DNA from: an uncultured Bacillales bacterium
Lineage (GTDB): Bacteria; Bacillota_I; Bacilli_A; RFN20; CAG-826
DNA: 64,000 nt
Reading direction: 5' to 3'
Assembly: GCA_946409515.1 (NCBI GenBank)
Contig: CAMJWS010000004.1
Span: forward strand, 36,013-100,012
The notes below the pieces were generated by a model. The model was given only the letters and a program-made list of their open reading frames with translations, was not told the DNA's origin and did not search any database. The translations under genes were made by a program, and so were the position numbers. Of the stretch, positions 1-8,562 are shown piece by piece; positions within the stretch are counted from its first letter, which is position 1, and each line of letters opens with the position of its first letter.

Positions 1-1724
1 ATTTCGCATTCGGCATGTAAGACGTCTTTGTCTTTTTCATTAGCAAGGACAAAGCCTTCTGGTCTGATAGCAACAGAGACTTCTTGATCTTTAATGCCTT
101 TGGCTTCACCGACACAGTCTTCACCAACGTAAATCTTTCCGTCTTTAACGGCGCCTTTGAAGACATTGATTGGTGGGGTGCCTAAGAATTGGGCAACGAA
201 TAAGTTTGCAGGGCTGTTATAAACTTCTTGTGGTGCACCCATTTGTTGCATTTCACCAAGTTTCATAACAACAATTTTATCGGAAATGGACATTGCTTCT
301 TCTTGGTCGTGAGTAACGAACACGGAAGTAATACCTGTTTCTTGTTGAATTCTTCTAATTTCTTCACGGGTTTGTAATCTTAAACGAGCATCTAAGTTAG
401 ATAATGGTTCATCTAAGAGTAAGACACGTGGGTGTTTAACTAACGCTCTGGCGATAGCGACACGTTGTTGTTGACCACCGGATAATTGATTTGGTTTTCT
501 TTCCAAATATTCATCAACTTGAACGAGTTTAGCGGTATCGTAAACGATATCTCTTCTTTCTTCTTTTGTTAATTTACGGTGGGCAATGGCTTGCGCTGTA
601 TCTAAAGTGATATCACTGAGTTCTAATTGTTCCGCAAGTTCGTCCATGACTTGTTTAGCGGTTTCAGTGGATGTTCTATGTAATTTGAAATAAATCTTTG
701 TGTGTTCTTTATCGTAGTAAAGTTTCATGTCGGTGATCTTCAAATTGTGTTTCTTGAAGAAATCTCTAACAAACTTTTGATTTTCAACGTTCACAACATT
801 ACTAACGAAGTAACGAGCATCTTCCATAGGAACACTGTTGGAGATAGCTTCAAAGCATTCTTGTAAGCGGGAATGCAATAAGGATTTAACACGCGCCACT
901 AAATCGAAACCACGTTTACCACGGGAAATAACGATTTCGCCTGGATTACCGATTGGTTTAATAGCTTCTCTAATGGCTCTGATTGTGTCGTCCATTTTTG
1001 GTAAGTCAAAGTCTTTACCTAATCTTGATTTGAATGTTAAATCAATGGTCTCTTTTTCACCGATTTTATTAACGGTGGCTCTGACGGTTGAATCGAATAA
1101 AGCTTCAGATGTTTGGACCTCTTCAACGTTGGTTAATTTAGCATCGATGATTTTTGGGAAATTATCGACGAATAAATTCTTACTAGCAGGAGCAACGTTT
1201 TTAAGTAAAATAGTGAGCTTAAGATTTTCACCTTCTAAAGAAGAAGTGATTTGGAATTGCTTTTTGTTCAAGCCGACACGTTTGCAAAGAGAATCGACTG
1301 ATTTGAGAATACCATCAAGGACATCTCTCTTCTTCATTTGATACTCATAATTGAGGGTAAAATCAAAGAAGGTAACGAGAGGAATCTCAACTTGGAGATT
1401 TGTTAATGGGAATTCAATGTTCTTATAGATAGTCATATGAGGATAAAGAGCATAGTTTTGGAAGACTAAGCCAATACCTCTTTTTTCTGGAGATAAATTA
1501 GTGACTTCTTGATCACCGAACCAAACTTCACCAGAAGTTGGGGTTTGTAAACCTGAAATCATGTAAAGAGTTGTGGATTTACCACATCCTGAAGGTCCTA
1601 ATAAACCAACAAGAGTGCCATCATCAACGTTAAAGTTCAAATCTTTAACAGCGATTGTGTCACGAATATTCTTACGTGCGTCACCAGGGAAAATTTTAGT
1701 TAAATCTTTAATTCTAATTTCCAT
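1..1724 (-). CDS. ABC transporter ATP-binding protein, MalK/UgpC/MsmX-like (CUT1-type), 3' end runs off the window. About 250 aa are inserted between the Q-loop region and the signature motif.
   Basis: Reverse-strand translation from ATG at 1724 (RBS AAGGAG upstream) gives MEIRIKDLTKIFPG...LLGPSGCGKST (Walker A). Later come LSGGQQQRVAIARAL (signature), LLLDEPLSNLD (Walker B), VTHDQEEA (H-loop) and a C-terminal TOBE-like domain (...FLGTPPINVFKG...VAIRPEGF...). I checked every in-frame triplet from 1724 down to 3 and found no stop codon. A single ORF of at least 574 aa therefore leaves the window, which explains its absence from the ORF track. Confidence 0.8.
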   Translation of the reverse strand, partial: MEIRIKDLTKIFPGDARKNIRDTIAVKDLNFNVDDGTLVGLLGPSGCGKSTTLYMISGLQTPTSGEVWFGDQEVTNLSPEKRGIGLVFQNYALYPHMTIYKNIEFPLTNLQVEIPLVTFFDFTLNYEYQMKKRDVLDGILKSVDSLCKRVGLNKKQFQITSSLEGENLKLTILLKNVAPASKNLFVDNFPKIIDAKLTNVEEVQTSEALFDSTVRATVNKIGEKETIDLTFKSRLGKDFDLPKMDDTIRAIREAIKPIGNPGEIVISRGKRGFDLVARVKSLLHSRLQECFEAISNSVPMEDARYFVSNVVNVENQKFVRDFFKKHNLKITDMKLYYDKEHTKIYFKLHRTSTETAKQVMDELAEQLELSDITLDTAQAIAHRKLTKEERRDIVYDTAKLVQVDEYLERKPNQLSGGQQQRVAIARALVKHPRVLLLDEPLSNLDARLRLQTREEIRRIQQETGITSVFVTHDQEEAMSISDKIVVMKLGEMQQMGAPQEVYNSPANLFVAQFLGTPPINVFKGAVKDGKIYVGEDCVGEAKGIKDQEVSVAIRPEGFVLANEKDKDVLHAECE

Positions 1725-1735
1725 AATGTATCTCC

Positions 1736-3739
1736 TTAATTCGTTCCGTCGTCATCGACGTCTTCGTTTAATTTGAGTTTAATGATTCTTCTTCTTTCTT
1801 TATTGGTCTTAATGACACCGACCATGTATTTAATGAAGTAGCCAATGATAACAACCGACATTACTGAAAGAATGATAATGTAAGCATCGGCTGGGTTATA
1901 AACAACGATAGCGTTATTTAATGCACTCGCTCTTAAAATGATGAAGACGATATCGAATAACACCACTAAGCTACCAAATAAGAATAAAGCGGCTTTAGTG
2001 AAGTATGATTTGTTCTTCATTCTTCTGAATTCATCATTTTTATATTTATTCTTCAAATAGAAGTAGAGTCCGATTGTTGTACCAACAAAGACTGCGATAT
2101 AAGCGATTGCTAAGATGATTAAGAAAGCGTTTATATCAAATAGGTTAGCCTTTTCGGTATATGGCATGAGTGAATGATAACCAAATCTGGTAATGACATT
2201 ACTACGAGCGATTGGACCTTTTTGCGCTAATAAGTCTAATGTGACATATAAGCCAACAAATGAAACGGCTTTGATCTTATCAGCGGAGAAGTTAGGAGCG
2301 ATGTCACTATTCTTGAACAAGAATGAGACTCTATTACCTTTTTGTTTTTCTAATTTGAACTGTGCAACAGGAGTCACGATCTTAACGTCTTTTTGGACAT
2401 CTGCACCACCATCACGGTATGTAATTCTGAAACTACAAAGAGTTAAAGAAGTTAATCTATAACGGATTTTGAGTTTACCAGACTTAATATCGTTTAAGTG
2501 TGTATTGTAATAGTTAGATTTTAAGTGTTCGTAAATATTGGCTTCGCTAATATCAACATTTAAGTCGATCGCAGAGAAACCAGAGAAGGTTGATAAACCA
2601 GTGAATGAGCATTTGATGAAATCATTAATATCATAAGCTCTAGAGAAACCTTGGTTTGGTTGGATGCTATAAGCTTGGCTCAATTCTGGTTCAGTAATTG
2701 CAGTTTCACCAACTGTCTTAGCACGATAGATGTTGTGTAAGACTGTACTTGAGAAATCAATTTCTTCACCTTCTGCTAATGGGATATCGCAGTATAAGGA
2801 TTTTGTATAGTCATTGACTTGACGGCCAACACATTCGAATAATGAACTTGCAGATGTAGGAGCAAATTCAAAATAACGAGTTTCATTAGCGCCGTTAGCG
2901 TTAACTTTATATTCGAGAACGAGAGGTTTTTGTTCGCCACTCTTTGGATACCAGCCAATGATGAAGTTTTGTGTTTCATCACCGTATTTAGAAGCACCAG
3001 CTTTAGATAATGGTTCAGCTTTAGCGGCTGGGAAAGTAGCGCCATATTGAACTGTAGCACCATGATTCCAGTCAGCAGCCCAACCCTCTAAGTTAGCGGT
3101 TGGTTCAACCTTAAATACCATACCTTCTGGAATGTTTTGGAAGGACTCTGAATAGATTTCAGTAACTTCTTGAGGAATGGTAATAGAAGTAATATTTGTC
3201 CAATCTGGGACAACGTTAATGCCTAAACGAGTGACATCGAGATTGAAAATGTGGTTTCTTGTTAAAGAACGAGGAATAACGATGTCAGTAACACTTGATG
3301 TAGCGTTTAAGCTATAAACATAAGAATTGAAGTGAACAGGTTCGTATTCACCTTTTTCATAAGCTTCAGTAATTGCTTCTCTTTCTTCGGCGGTCTTGGT
3401 GTTGAAATCTTTAAGATATTCATCAAAACCGGCATCATCTGGCGCTAATAAGTAGGAAGAAGTTGCATCACACCAACCTTGACCACCAGTTGAGAACATA
3501 AAAGTAAAAGACTGCCCCATTGATGTCTTAGTGGATGAAGTCGCGGAAACCATGAGGTTACCATCTGGAATTTCAACTTCACCACTATAATCAGGAGCAG
3601 CGGCTTTTCTGTCTAAAAGACGTGGTTGGTTAAGAGATGCTGTTTTAGTATCATTCTTCGCTACGGGCGCGTTAAAAGATGACAACGAAAAAAGGCTTAT
3701 TAATCCTAGCAAACATGGAAGGACAAATTTTTTCACCAT
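1736..3739 (-). CDS. Secreted/surface protein (667 aa) with N-terminal signal peptide and a C-terminal three-helix membrane anchor; function unknown
   Basis: Start ATG at 3739 with GGAGG RBS; the upstream M codons of the 689-aa ORF lack an RBS. N-terminus MVKKFVLPCLLGLISLFSLSSF looks like a signal peptide. A large hydrophilic Thr/Ser/Asn-rich ecto-domain follows. The C-terminus has three hydrophobic helices (AFLIILAIAYIAVFVG..., KAALFLFGSLVVLF..., AYIIILSVMSVVIIGYFI...). Confidence 0.6.
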   Translation of the reverse strand: MVKKFVLPCLLGLISLFSLSSFNAPVAKNDTKTASLNQPRLLDRKAAAPDYSGEVEIPDGNLMVSATSSTKTSMGQSFTFMFSTGGQGWCDATSSYLLAPDDAGFDEYLKDFNTKTAEEREAITEAYEKGEYEPVHFNSYVYSLNATSSVTDIVIPRSLTRNHIFNLDVTRLGINVVPDWTNITSITIPQEVTEIYSESFQNIPEGMVFKVEPTANLEGWAADWNHGATVQYGATFPAAKAEPLSKAGASKYGDETQNFIIGWYPKSGEQKPLVLEYKVNANGANETRYFEFAPTSASSLFECVGRQVNDYTKSLYCDIPLAEGEEIDFSSTVLHNIYRAKTVGETAITEPELSQAYSIQPNQGFSRAYDINDFIKCSFTGLSTFSGFSAIDLNVDISEANIYEHLKSNYYNTHLNDIKSGKLKIRYRLTSLTLCSFRITYRDGGADVQKDVKIVTPVAQFKLEKQKGNRVSFLFKNSDIAPNFSADKIKAVSFVGLYVTLDLLAQKGPIARSNVITRFGYHSLMPYTEKANLFDINAFLIILAIAYIAVFVGTTIGLYFYLKNKYKNDEFRRMKNKSYFTKAALFLFGSLVVLFDIVFIILRASALNNAIVVYNPADAYIIILSVMSVVIIGYFIKYMVGVIKTNKERRRIIKLKLNEDVDDDGTN

Positions 3740-3814
3740 ATGAGTGGCCTCCAGCATTCCATTTTTATCATTTTTATTATACATACATATGCCTGCGCTA
3801 CGCAATATATTTTC

Positions 3815-4891
3815 TTAGTCGTAATTCCTGGTTTTAAAATCAACAGGTTTTTTATATGGCGTGGTCTTTTCGAGTTCAACTTCTTGAAAAGAAAAATAGA
3901 TTTTTGTTCTTTTCCCATCAACCTCGGTTAGACGTAACATATAGTCTTGGAAACCTTGTTTATTTTTAGAGAAAACCATAATTGAAAAAGAAATTATGAT
4001 TGGTAGTCCGAAAGTGAATAAAGATAGCACTAGAATTGCGAAGTAAAAGATCGCAAATCTTGCTAAGGTACGTGGTAAAGAAGGTGATAAGCAGTTAGAG
4101 TCTACTAAACCAATACCATATAAGGCTTTTCCAATAGTCATTCTACCACGTCTAAAGATGAATAATGGAACAAGATAAACGAGTAATCCTGTAAAGCAAT
4201 AAACGGCAAAGATATTAACCCAAAGCAACAAATTAGTTTGATAGTTAATAATATCCTTATAGTGAGGTACCACCACGACTAGATAAGCTTGTAAACGATT
4301 GTCAATATATGGTTGGTACGCTTTTTTATAATATTCGGTATAGATTTGGGAACTGACACTTTCCACTGATTCAAATAAGACTGGATTTTCCACTACTTCG
4401 TTAGATTCATTAACGATAAACATTGGAGTATTATTGTGGACCATAGTGTCTGCTAAACGATATTCGCGATAATCTTTAACTACTTCTTCATAGTTCTCAT
4501 TAGTGGCCACACTTTGAGCATAGCTCACAAATGTCTCAATTGCGTTTTTAGAACGCATCATTCTCGATTTAGCGGTTTGACCTTTATCGTAATTTAATAC
4601 AGAGATGATATCTCTTAAGACATTATCGTCATCATAAGCGTATAAGCCTGAATCTACTCTCATTTGGGTTAGTTCTTGTGATTTAGCTATATAGCCAGGC
4701 GTGTGTCTAATTATTTCACGTACACCTAAAAAGCACGCAACAAAGACGAAAATGAAAATCAAAATATCCACGAGATTAGCGAATATTCGATGAGTAAATT
4801 TAGGACGGTAATACAAAACATTAGTGTCTTGATTGCTGCCTGCTACTTCTGCATCAGAAACGACTTCATTAATATGGTCTTCCATGATCAA
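3815..4891 (-). CDS. RDD-family membrane protein with a ~170-aa extracytoplasmic insertion between TM1 and the C-terminal TMs
   Basis: RDD-like motifs: RIFANLVDILIFIF (R..A..D in TM1), RRGRMTIGKALYGIGLVD, and C-terminal GFQDYMLRLTEV. One N-terminal TM, a hydrophilic loop, then 2-3 C-terminal TMs. Overlaps the upstream gene by 4 nt. Confidence 0.6.
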   Translation of the reverse strand: MIMEDHINEVVSDAEVAGSNQDTNVLYYRPKFTHRIFANLVDILIFIFVFVACFLGVREIIRHTPGYIAKSQELTQMRVDSGLYAYDDDNVLRDIISVLNYDKGQTAKSRMMRSKNAIETFVSYAQSVATNENYEEVVKDYREYRLADTMVHNNTPMFIVNESNEVVENPVLFESVESVSSQIYTEYYKKAYQPYIDNRLQAYLVVVVPHYKDIINYQTNLLLWVNIFAVYCFTGLLVYLVPLFIFRRGRMTIGKALYGIGLVDSNCLSPSLPRTLARFAIFYFAILVLSLFTFGLPIIISFSIMVFSKNKQGFQDYMLRLTEVDGKRTKIYFSFQEVELEKTTPYKKPVDFKTRNYD

Positions 4892-6045
4892 ATCTTATAA
4901 CCTTTTGCACGATAAACATTATCCATCTCTTCGCTAGTTAGATATAGCGAGTTAGATAAGTAATCGGTAAGAGAACGATTATACTGGTTAAAAATTAAAA
5001 AGAAAAGACTAATTAATAATAAAATGCCTGAAAACACCGTTCCGTACAATAAATAATTCAATGTGAATAAAGTATTAAAAGGTACAAGCATTGATGGGAT
5101 AAGCATAATGCCTAATAAAGATGTGAATAAAGTATATAAAGCACTGGCCACTACCATTCTTCTTTTCGTATGATTCATAGAATAGAAATCCACTCTTTCG
5201 ATTTTCATAAAAAGCATCGCTAAAGTTTTTCTATTCTTATTTATTAAAGGAAAGATAAGGAATAATCCTGACCAAACAATAACGTGAGAAATATAAGCAC
5301 AAACAGTCATGAGGTTTCCATGATATGTCTCAAGCTCTTTAATACGGCTTTTGCATTCTAAGAAAGAACAAGTTTCGCCATCATAATGTAAGTCGTTCTT
5401 TTCAATGTCATTCATGACCTCTGCTAAAAGGGGATTAAAGAGACTATTAGATATATCCTTATAATACTTCTGACCGGTTTCACCCATATCATCTTTTGGA
5501 TCATAGTAAGCGTATAGTTCGTTTTTAACCTCTATTTTTAAATTATACTCTTTTGTGACATCATTATATTCAAAGTAATTATCCTTCTTGTTATAGTGGT
5601 CAAAACTATCGTAATAAGTTTGTTCTTTATTTCTAATATCGTGATAGAAATGATAGATAGTATCGTTTTCCTTTTTATGACCATATTGAGGTACTTTGCT
5701 ATCAATACTTTCTTCATTATCTAAAACGAAATAACTTAAGAAACAACGATATGTATAATCCACTCCTGCAGTCACATCTGTACGATCAAAACCACTATCA
5801 CGTAATAGCACTTTAGAATTGTAATAATGATCATACATATCGAGCGTGGTTAAAATATGTTCTTCATTTTTAGCGTTATAATTTGTCGCAGCTTTACCAA
5901 TTGGCGCAGCGGCAATATTAAAAATAAGGTAAGTTAAAATAAAGTGTATGAAGAAATCAGCGAGGAAAACTAAGATCCTTTTACCCTTTTTCAAAGGATG
6001 AATATCAATATAATCTTCTTGCTTTATTGTCTCTTCTTCAGTCAT
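4888..6045 (-). CDS. RDD-family membrane protein, paralog of the adjacent gene, with a ~190-aa Tyr/Asp/Lys-rich extracytoplasmic insertion
   Basis: KRILVFLADFFIHFILTYLIF (R..A.D), NKNRKTLAMLFMKIERVD, and C-terminal RSLTDYLSNSLYL. Same topology as the 3815..4891 product. Confidence 0.6.
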   Translation of the reverse strand: MTEEETIKQEDYIDIHPLKKGKRILVFLADFFIHFILTYLIFNIAAAPIGKAATNYNAKNEEHILTTLDMYDHYYNSKVLLRDSGFDRTDVTAGVDYTYRCFLSYFVLDNEESIDSKVPQYGHKKENDTIYHFYHDIRNKEQTYYDSFDHYNKKDNYFEYNDVTKEYNLKIEVKNELYAYYDPKDDMGETGQKYYKDISNSLFNPLLAEVMNDIEKNDLHYDGETCSFLECKSRIKELETYHGNLMTVCAYISHVIVWSGLFLIFPLINKNRKTLAMLFMKIERVDFYSMNHTKRRMVVASALYTLFTSLLGIMLIPSMLVPFNTLFTLNYLLYGTVFSGILLLISLFFLIFNQYNRSLTDYLSNSLYLTSEEMDNVYRAKGYKI

Positions 6046-6051
6046 AACCTA

Positions 6052-7173
6052 CTATAATTCTATTAATATATCCTTAATTGCGTCGAGTTTTTCACTTTCA
6101 ACACCGATCACTTCATTTAGATATTTATATGTCTTTTCTTGTAAGGTTTCGCCTTCATAAGCTTTAAGTGTCGCACCATATCGATCATCGATATCTTCAG
6201 TTTTACATATACCGCTTATTTTAGCGAAGTTGGAGAATAAATAATCACGATATAGATATTCTTCTTCCATTCCACATAAAGCTTCGATTAAATAGGCCAT
6301 ACAGCCTGTTCTATCCTTACCAATCGCGCAGTGGAAATCAATTGGATAATTGTTTTTATCACTAAGTAGTTCAAAGAACTCCTTAATACGCGCTGGATTA
6401 TCGTATAAGAAAGAATTACGTTCACCAACATAAGTGAGAACATTTTCACCACCATAATACATTGGTAAATGGTTATAGGAGACCGTTTCACCTAACGGTG
6501 AGGCTTTGATATTACCATTTTCTCCTGGTCTTCTTAAGTCGATTTCTGTTTTAATTTTTAAAGTGTTTAATAAAACATCTTTAGACTGTTCATCTAATAA
6601 AGAAATACCATCTGCATCTTCGTCTTCGTTGAAGCGTCCACTACGGTAGATTAAACCTTGTTTAATGCCATGCCCGCCTAAATCACGAATGTTCATGACA
6701 TTGTTGACGTATAAGTTACGTGGACCCTTTTTTGCGGTCTTAAAGAGGTGTCCATTGCCTTTAAACTGTACACTATCGCTATAATAAGCGGTTACATCAT
6801 AGGAATAAAACGTATCTAATTTTAAATTATACAGTTCAAATCCATCTGGATTAGTAATTCCACTTTTAGTGAACCAATGTTCGCCTTCTTCAAAGACATC
6901 AACGATATAGTACTTAGGCTTTTTATTGTTGTTTGCTTTAGAGCCTTTCCAATTAATAAAGTATGGTACGGGTTGTTCTTTTGATGAACTACCCGCTGCA
7001 ATACCGTTCGTGGTCATATAATCTTCCGCATTGATGTATTTATTTTGTAATTCTGTATGGAAGTCAAAAGTGAATTCCTGTTTTTCAAACTTGAAATCAA
7101 AAGATGTTGGTTGGCACGCAGTAAGGGCAGTAAGTAGGAACAATGATCCTGATAAAGAAATAGATTTTTTCAT
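6052..7173 (-). CDS. Lipoprotein with C-terminal cysteine-phosphatase domain (protein-tyrosine-phosphatase-like, Y_phosphatase3/PF13350-type)
   Basis: Signal peptide plus lipobox MKKSISLSGSLFLLTALTAC. N-terminal beta-rich domain ending in the conserved PRNLYV motif. Then NVMNIRDLGG and the catalytic P-loop FHCAIGKDRTG (HCX5R). Confidence 0.75.
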   Translation of the reverse strand: MKKSISLSGSLFLLTALTACQPTSFDFKFEKQEFTFDFHTELQNKYINAEDYMTTNGIAAGSSSKEQPVPYFINWKGSKANNNKKPKYYIVDVFEEGEHWFTKSGITNPDGFELYNLKLDTFYSYDVTAYYSDSVQFKGNGHLFKTAKKGPRNLYVNNVMNIRDLGGHGIKQGLIYRSGRFNEDEDADGISLLDEQSKDVLLNTLKIKTEIDLRRPGENGNIKASPLGETVSYNHLPMYYGGENVLTYVGERNSFLYDNPARIKEFFELLSDKNNYPIDFHCAIGKDRTGCMAYLIEALCGMEEEYLYRDYLFSNFAKISGICKTEDIDDRYGATLKAYEGETLQEKTYKYLNEVIGVESEKLDAIKDILIEL

Positions 7174-7193
7174 AGTTTTTTTCCTATTAGAGC

Positions 7194-7225
7194 ATTATAG
7201 CATTAAATAACTTTTGTATGCACAA
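7194..7225 (-). promoter_or_regulatory. Sigma-70-type promoter for the lipoprotein-phosphatase operon (TTGTGC, 17-nt spacer, TGcTATAAT)
   Basis: On the minus strand the extended -10 TGcTATAAT is the reverse complement of 7194-7202 and the -35 TTGTGC is the reverse complement of 7220-7225. It lies about 20 nt upstream of the ATG at 7173 and just downstream of the tuf terminator. Confidence 0.5.
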
Positions 7226-7254
7226 AAAAACTCACCTCTATTGAGATGAGTTTT
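7224..7254 (-). terminator. Intrinsic terminator downstream of tuf (stem-loop flanked by an A-tract and a T-tract; potentially bidirectional)
   Basis: Plus-strand aaaaaaaCTCACCTCtattGAGATGAGtttt. The minus-strand RNA forms an 8-bp stem with one mismatch, followed by U7. Confidence 0.6.
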
Positions 7255-7273
7255 AATGATTAGTTTTAAGAAA

Positions 7274-8458
7274 TTACTTGAGAATTTCAGCAACTGTACC
7301 AGCACCAACGGTTCTGCCACCTTCACGGATGGAGAATTTGGTACCTTTTTCCATGGCGATTGGGTGAATGAGTTCGACTGTTAATTCGACGTTATCACCA
7401 GGCATAACCATGTCGACACCAGCAGGAAGTGTGATAACACCTGTGACGTCGGTTGTACGGAAGTAGAATTGTGGACGGTAGTTGCTTAAGAAAGCTGTAT
7501 GACGGCCACCTTCTTCTTTTGTTAAGACGTAGACTTGACCTTTGAACTTGCTGTGTGGGGTAACTGTACCTGGTTTAGCAAGGACTTGACCACGTTCGAC
7601 TTGGTCACGGTTGATACCTCTTAATAAGACACCAACGTTGTCACCGGCTTCGGCGTAATCAAGAATCTTACGGAAGGATTCAAGACCTGTAATAACAGAG
7701 TTTTGTGTTGGTTTGATACCGACGATTTCGACGGCATCACCTAATTTAGCTTGGCCTCTTTCGACACGGCCTGTAACGACGGTACCACGACCGGAGATGG
7801 TCATGACGTCTTCGATAGCTAATAAGAATGGTTTGTCGTTTTCACGAGCTGGAGCTGGGATATAGGAATCGCAAGCTGCCATTAATTCGATGATAGCTTT
7901 TTCAGCTTCTGGGTCACCATCAAGAGCTTTTCTAGCGGAACCACGGATAACTGGAACTTCATCACCTGGGAAGCCGTAGGAATTTAATAATTCACGGACG
8001 TCCATTTCGACTAAGTCTAATAATTCTGGATCATCGACTAAGTCTGTTTTATTGATGAACACAACGATATATGGGACACCGACTTGGCGGGCTAATAAGA
8101 TGTGTTCACGAGTTTGTGGCATAACACCATCAGTACCTGCGACAACGAGGATAGCACCATCCATTTGAGCAGCACCAGTAATCATGTTCTTGACGTAGTC
8201 AGCGTGTCCTGGGCAGTCGACGTGGGCATAGTGTCTTGTCGCTGTTTGATATTCGATGTGAGCGGTGTTGATTGTAATACCACGAGCTTTTTCTTCAGGA
8301 GCGGAGTCGATTTGAGCATAGTCAGTTTTGACTGCGCCACCTTGTTTTGCTAAGACAGATGTAATAGCGGCTGTTAATGTTGTTTTGCCGTGGTCAACGT
8401 GACCGATGGTACCAATATTGACGTGTTGTTTACTTCTGTCAAAATGTTGTTTTGCCAT
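7274..8458 (-). CDS. tuf: Elongation factor Tu
   Basis: [33 protein letters not shown]..., 394 aa, canonical GTP-binding motifs. Confidence 0.97.
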   Translation of the reverse strand: MAKQHFDRSKQHVNIGTIGHVDHGKTTLTAAITSVLAKQGGAVKTDYAQIDSAPEEKARGITINTAHIEYQTATRHYAHVDCPGHADYVKNMITGAAQMDGAILVVAGTDGVMPQTREHILLARQVGVPYIVVFINKTDLVDDPELLDLVEMDVRELLNSYGFPGDEVPVIRGSARKALDGDPEAEKAIIELMAACDSYIPAPARENDKPFLLAIEDVMTISGRGTVVTGRVERGQAKLGDAVEIVGIKPTQNSVITGLESFRKILDYAEAGDNVGVLLRGINRDQVERGQVLAKPGTVTPHSKFKGQVYVLTKEEGGRHTAFLSNYRPQFYFRTTDVTGVITLPAGVDMVMPGDNVELTVELIHPIAMEKGTKFSIREGGRTVGAGTVAEILK

Positions 8459-8562
8459 AAAATTGAAATCTCCTTTCTTTCGTTAATAACAAGTTTGCAA
8501 CGAAATCATAATATAGCATTAATTTGTTTCGTGCAATATCAATTGATATTACACATTATTTT

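Noticed and set aside
838-1341. 167-aa plus-strand ORF inside the first gene
   Set aside because: It is antisense to the verified continuous ABC ATPase reading frame. AT-rich genomes generate many such spurious ORFs.
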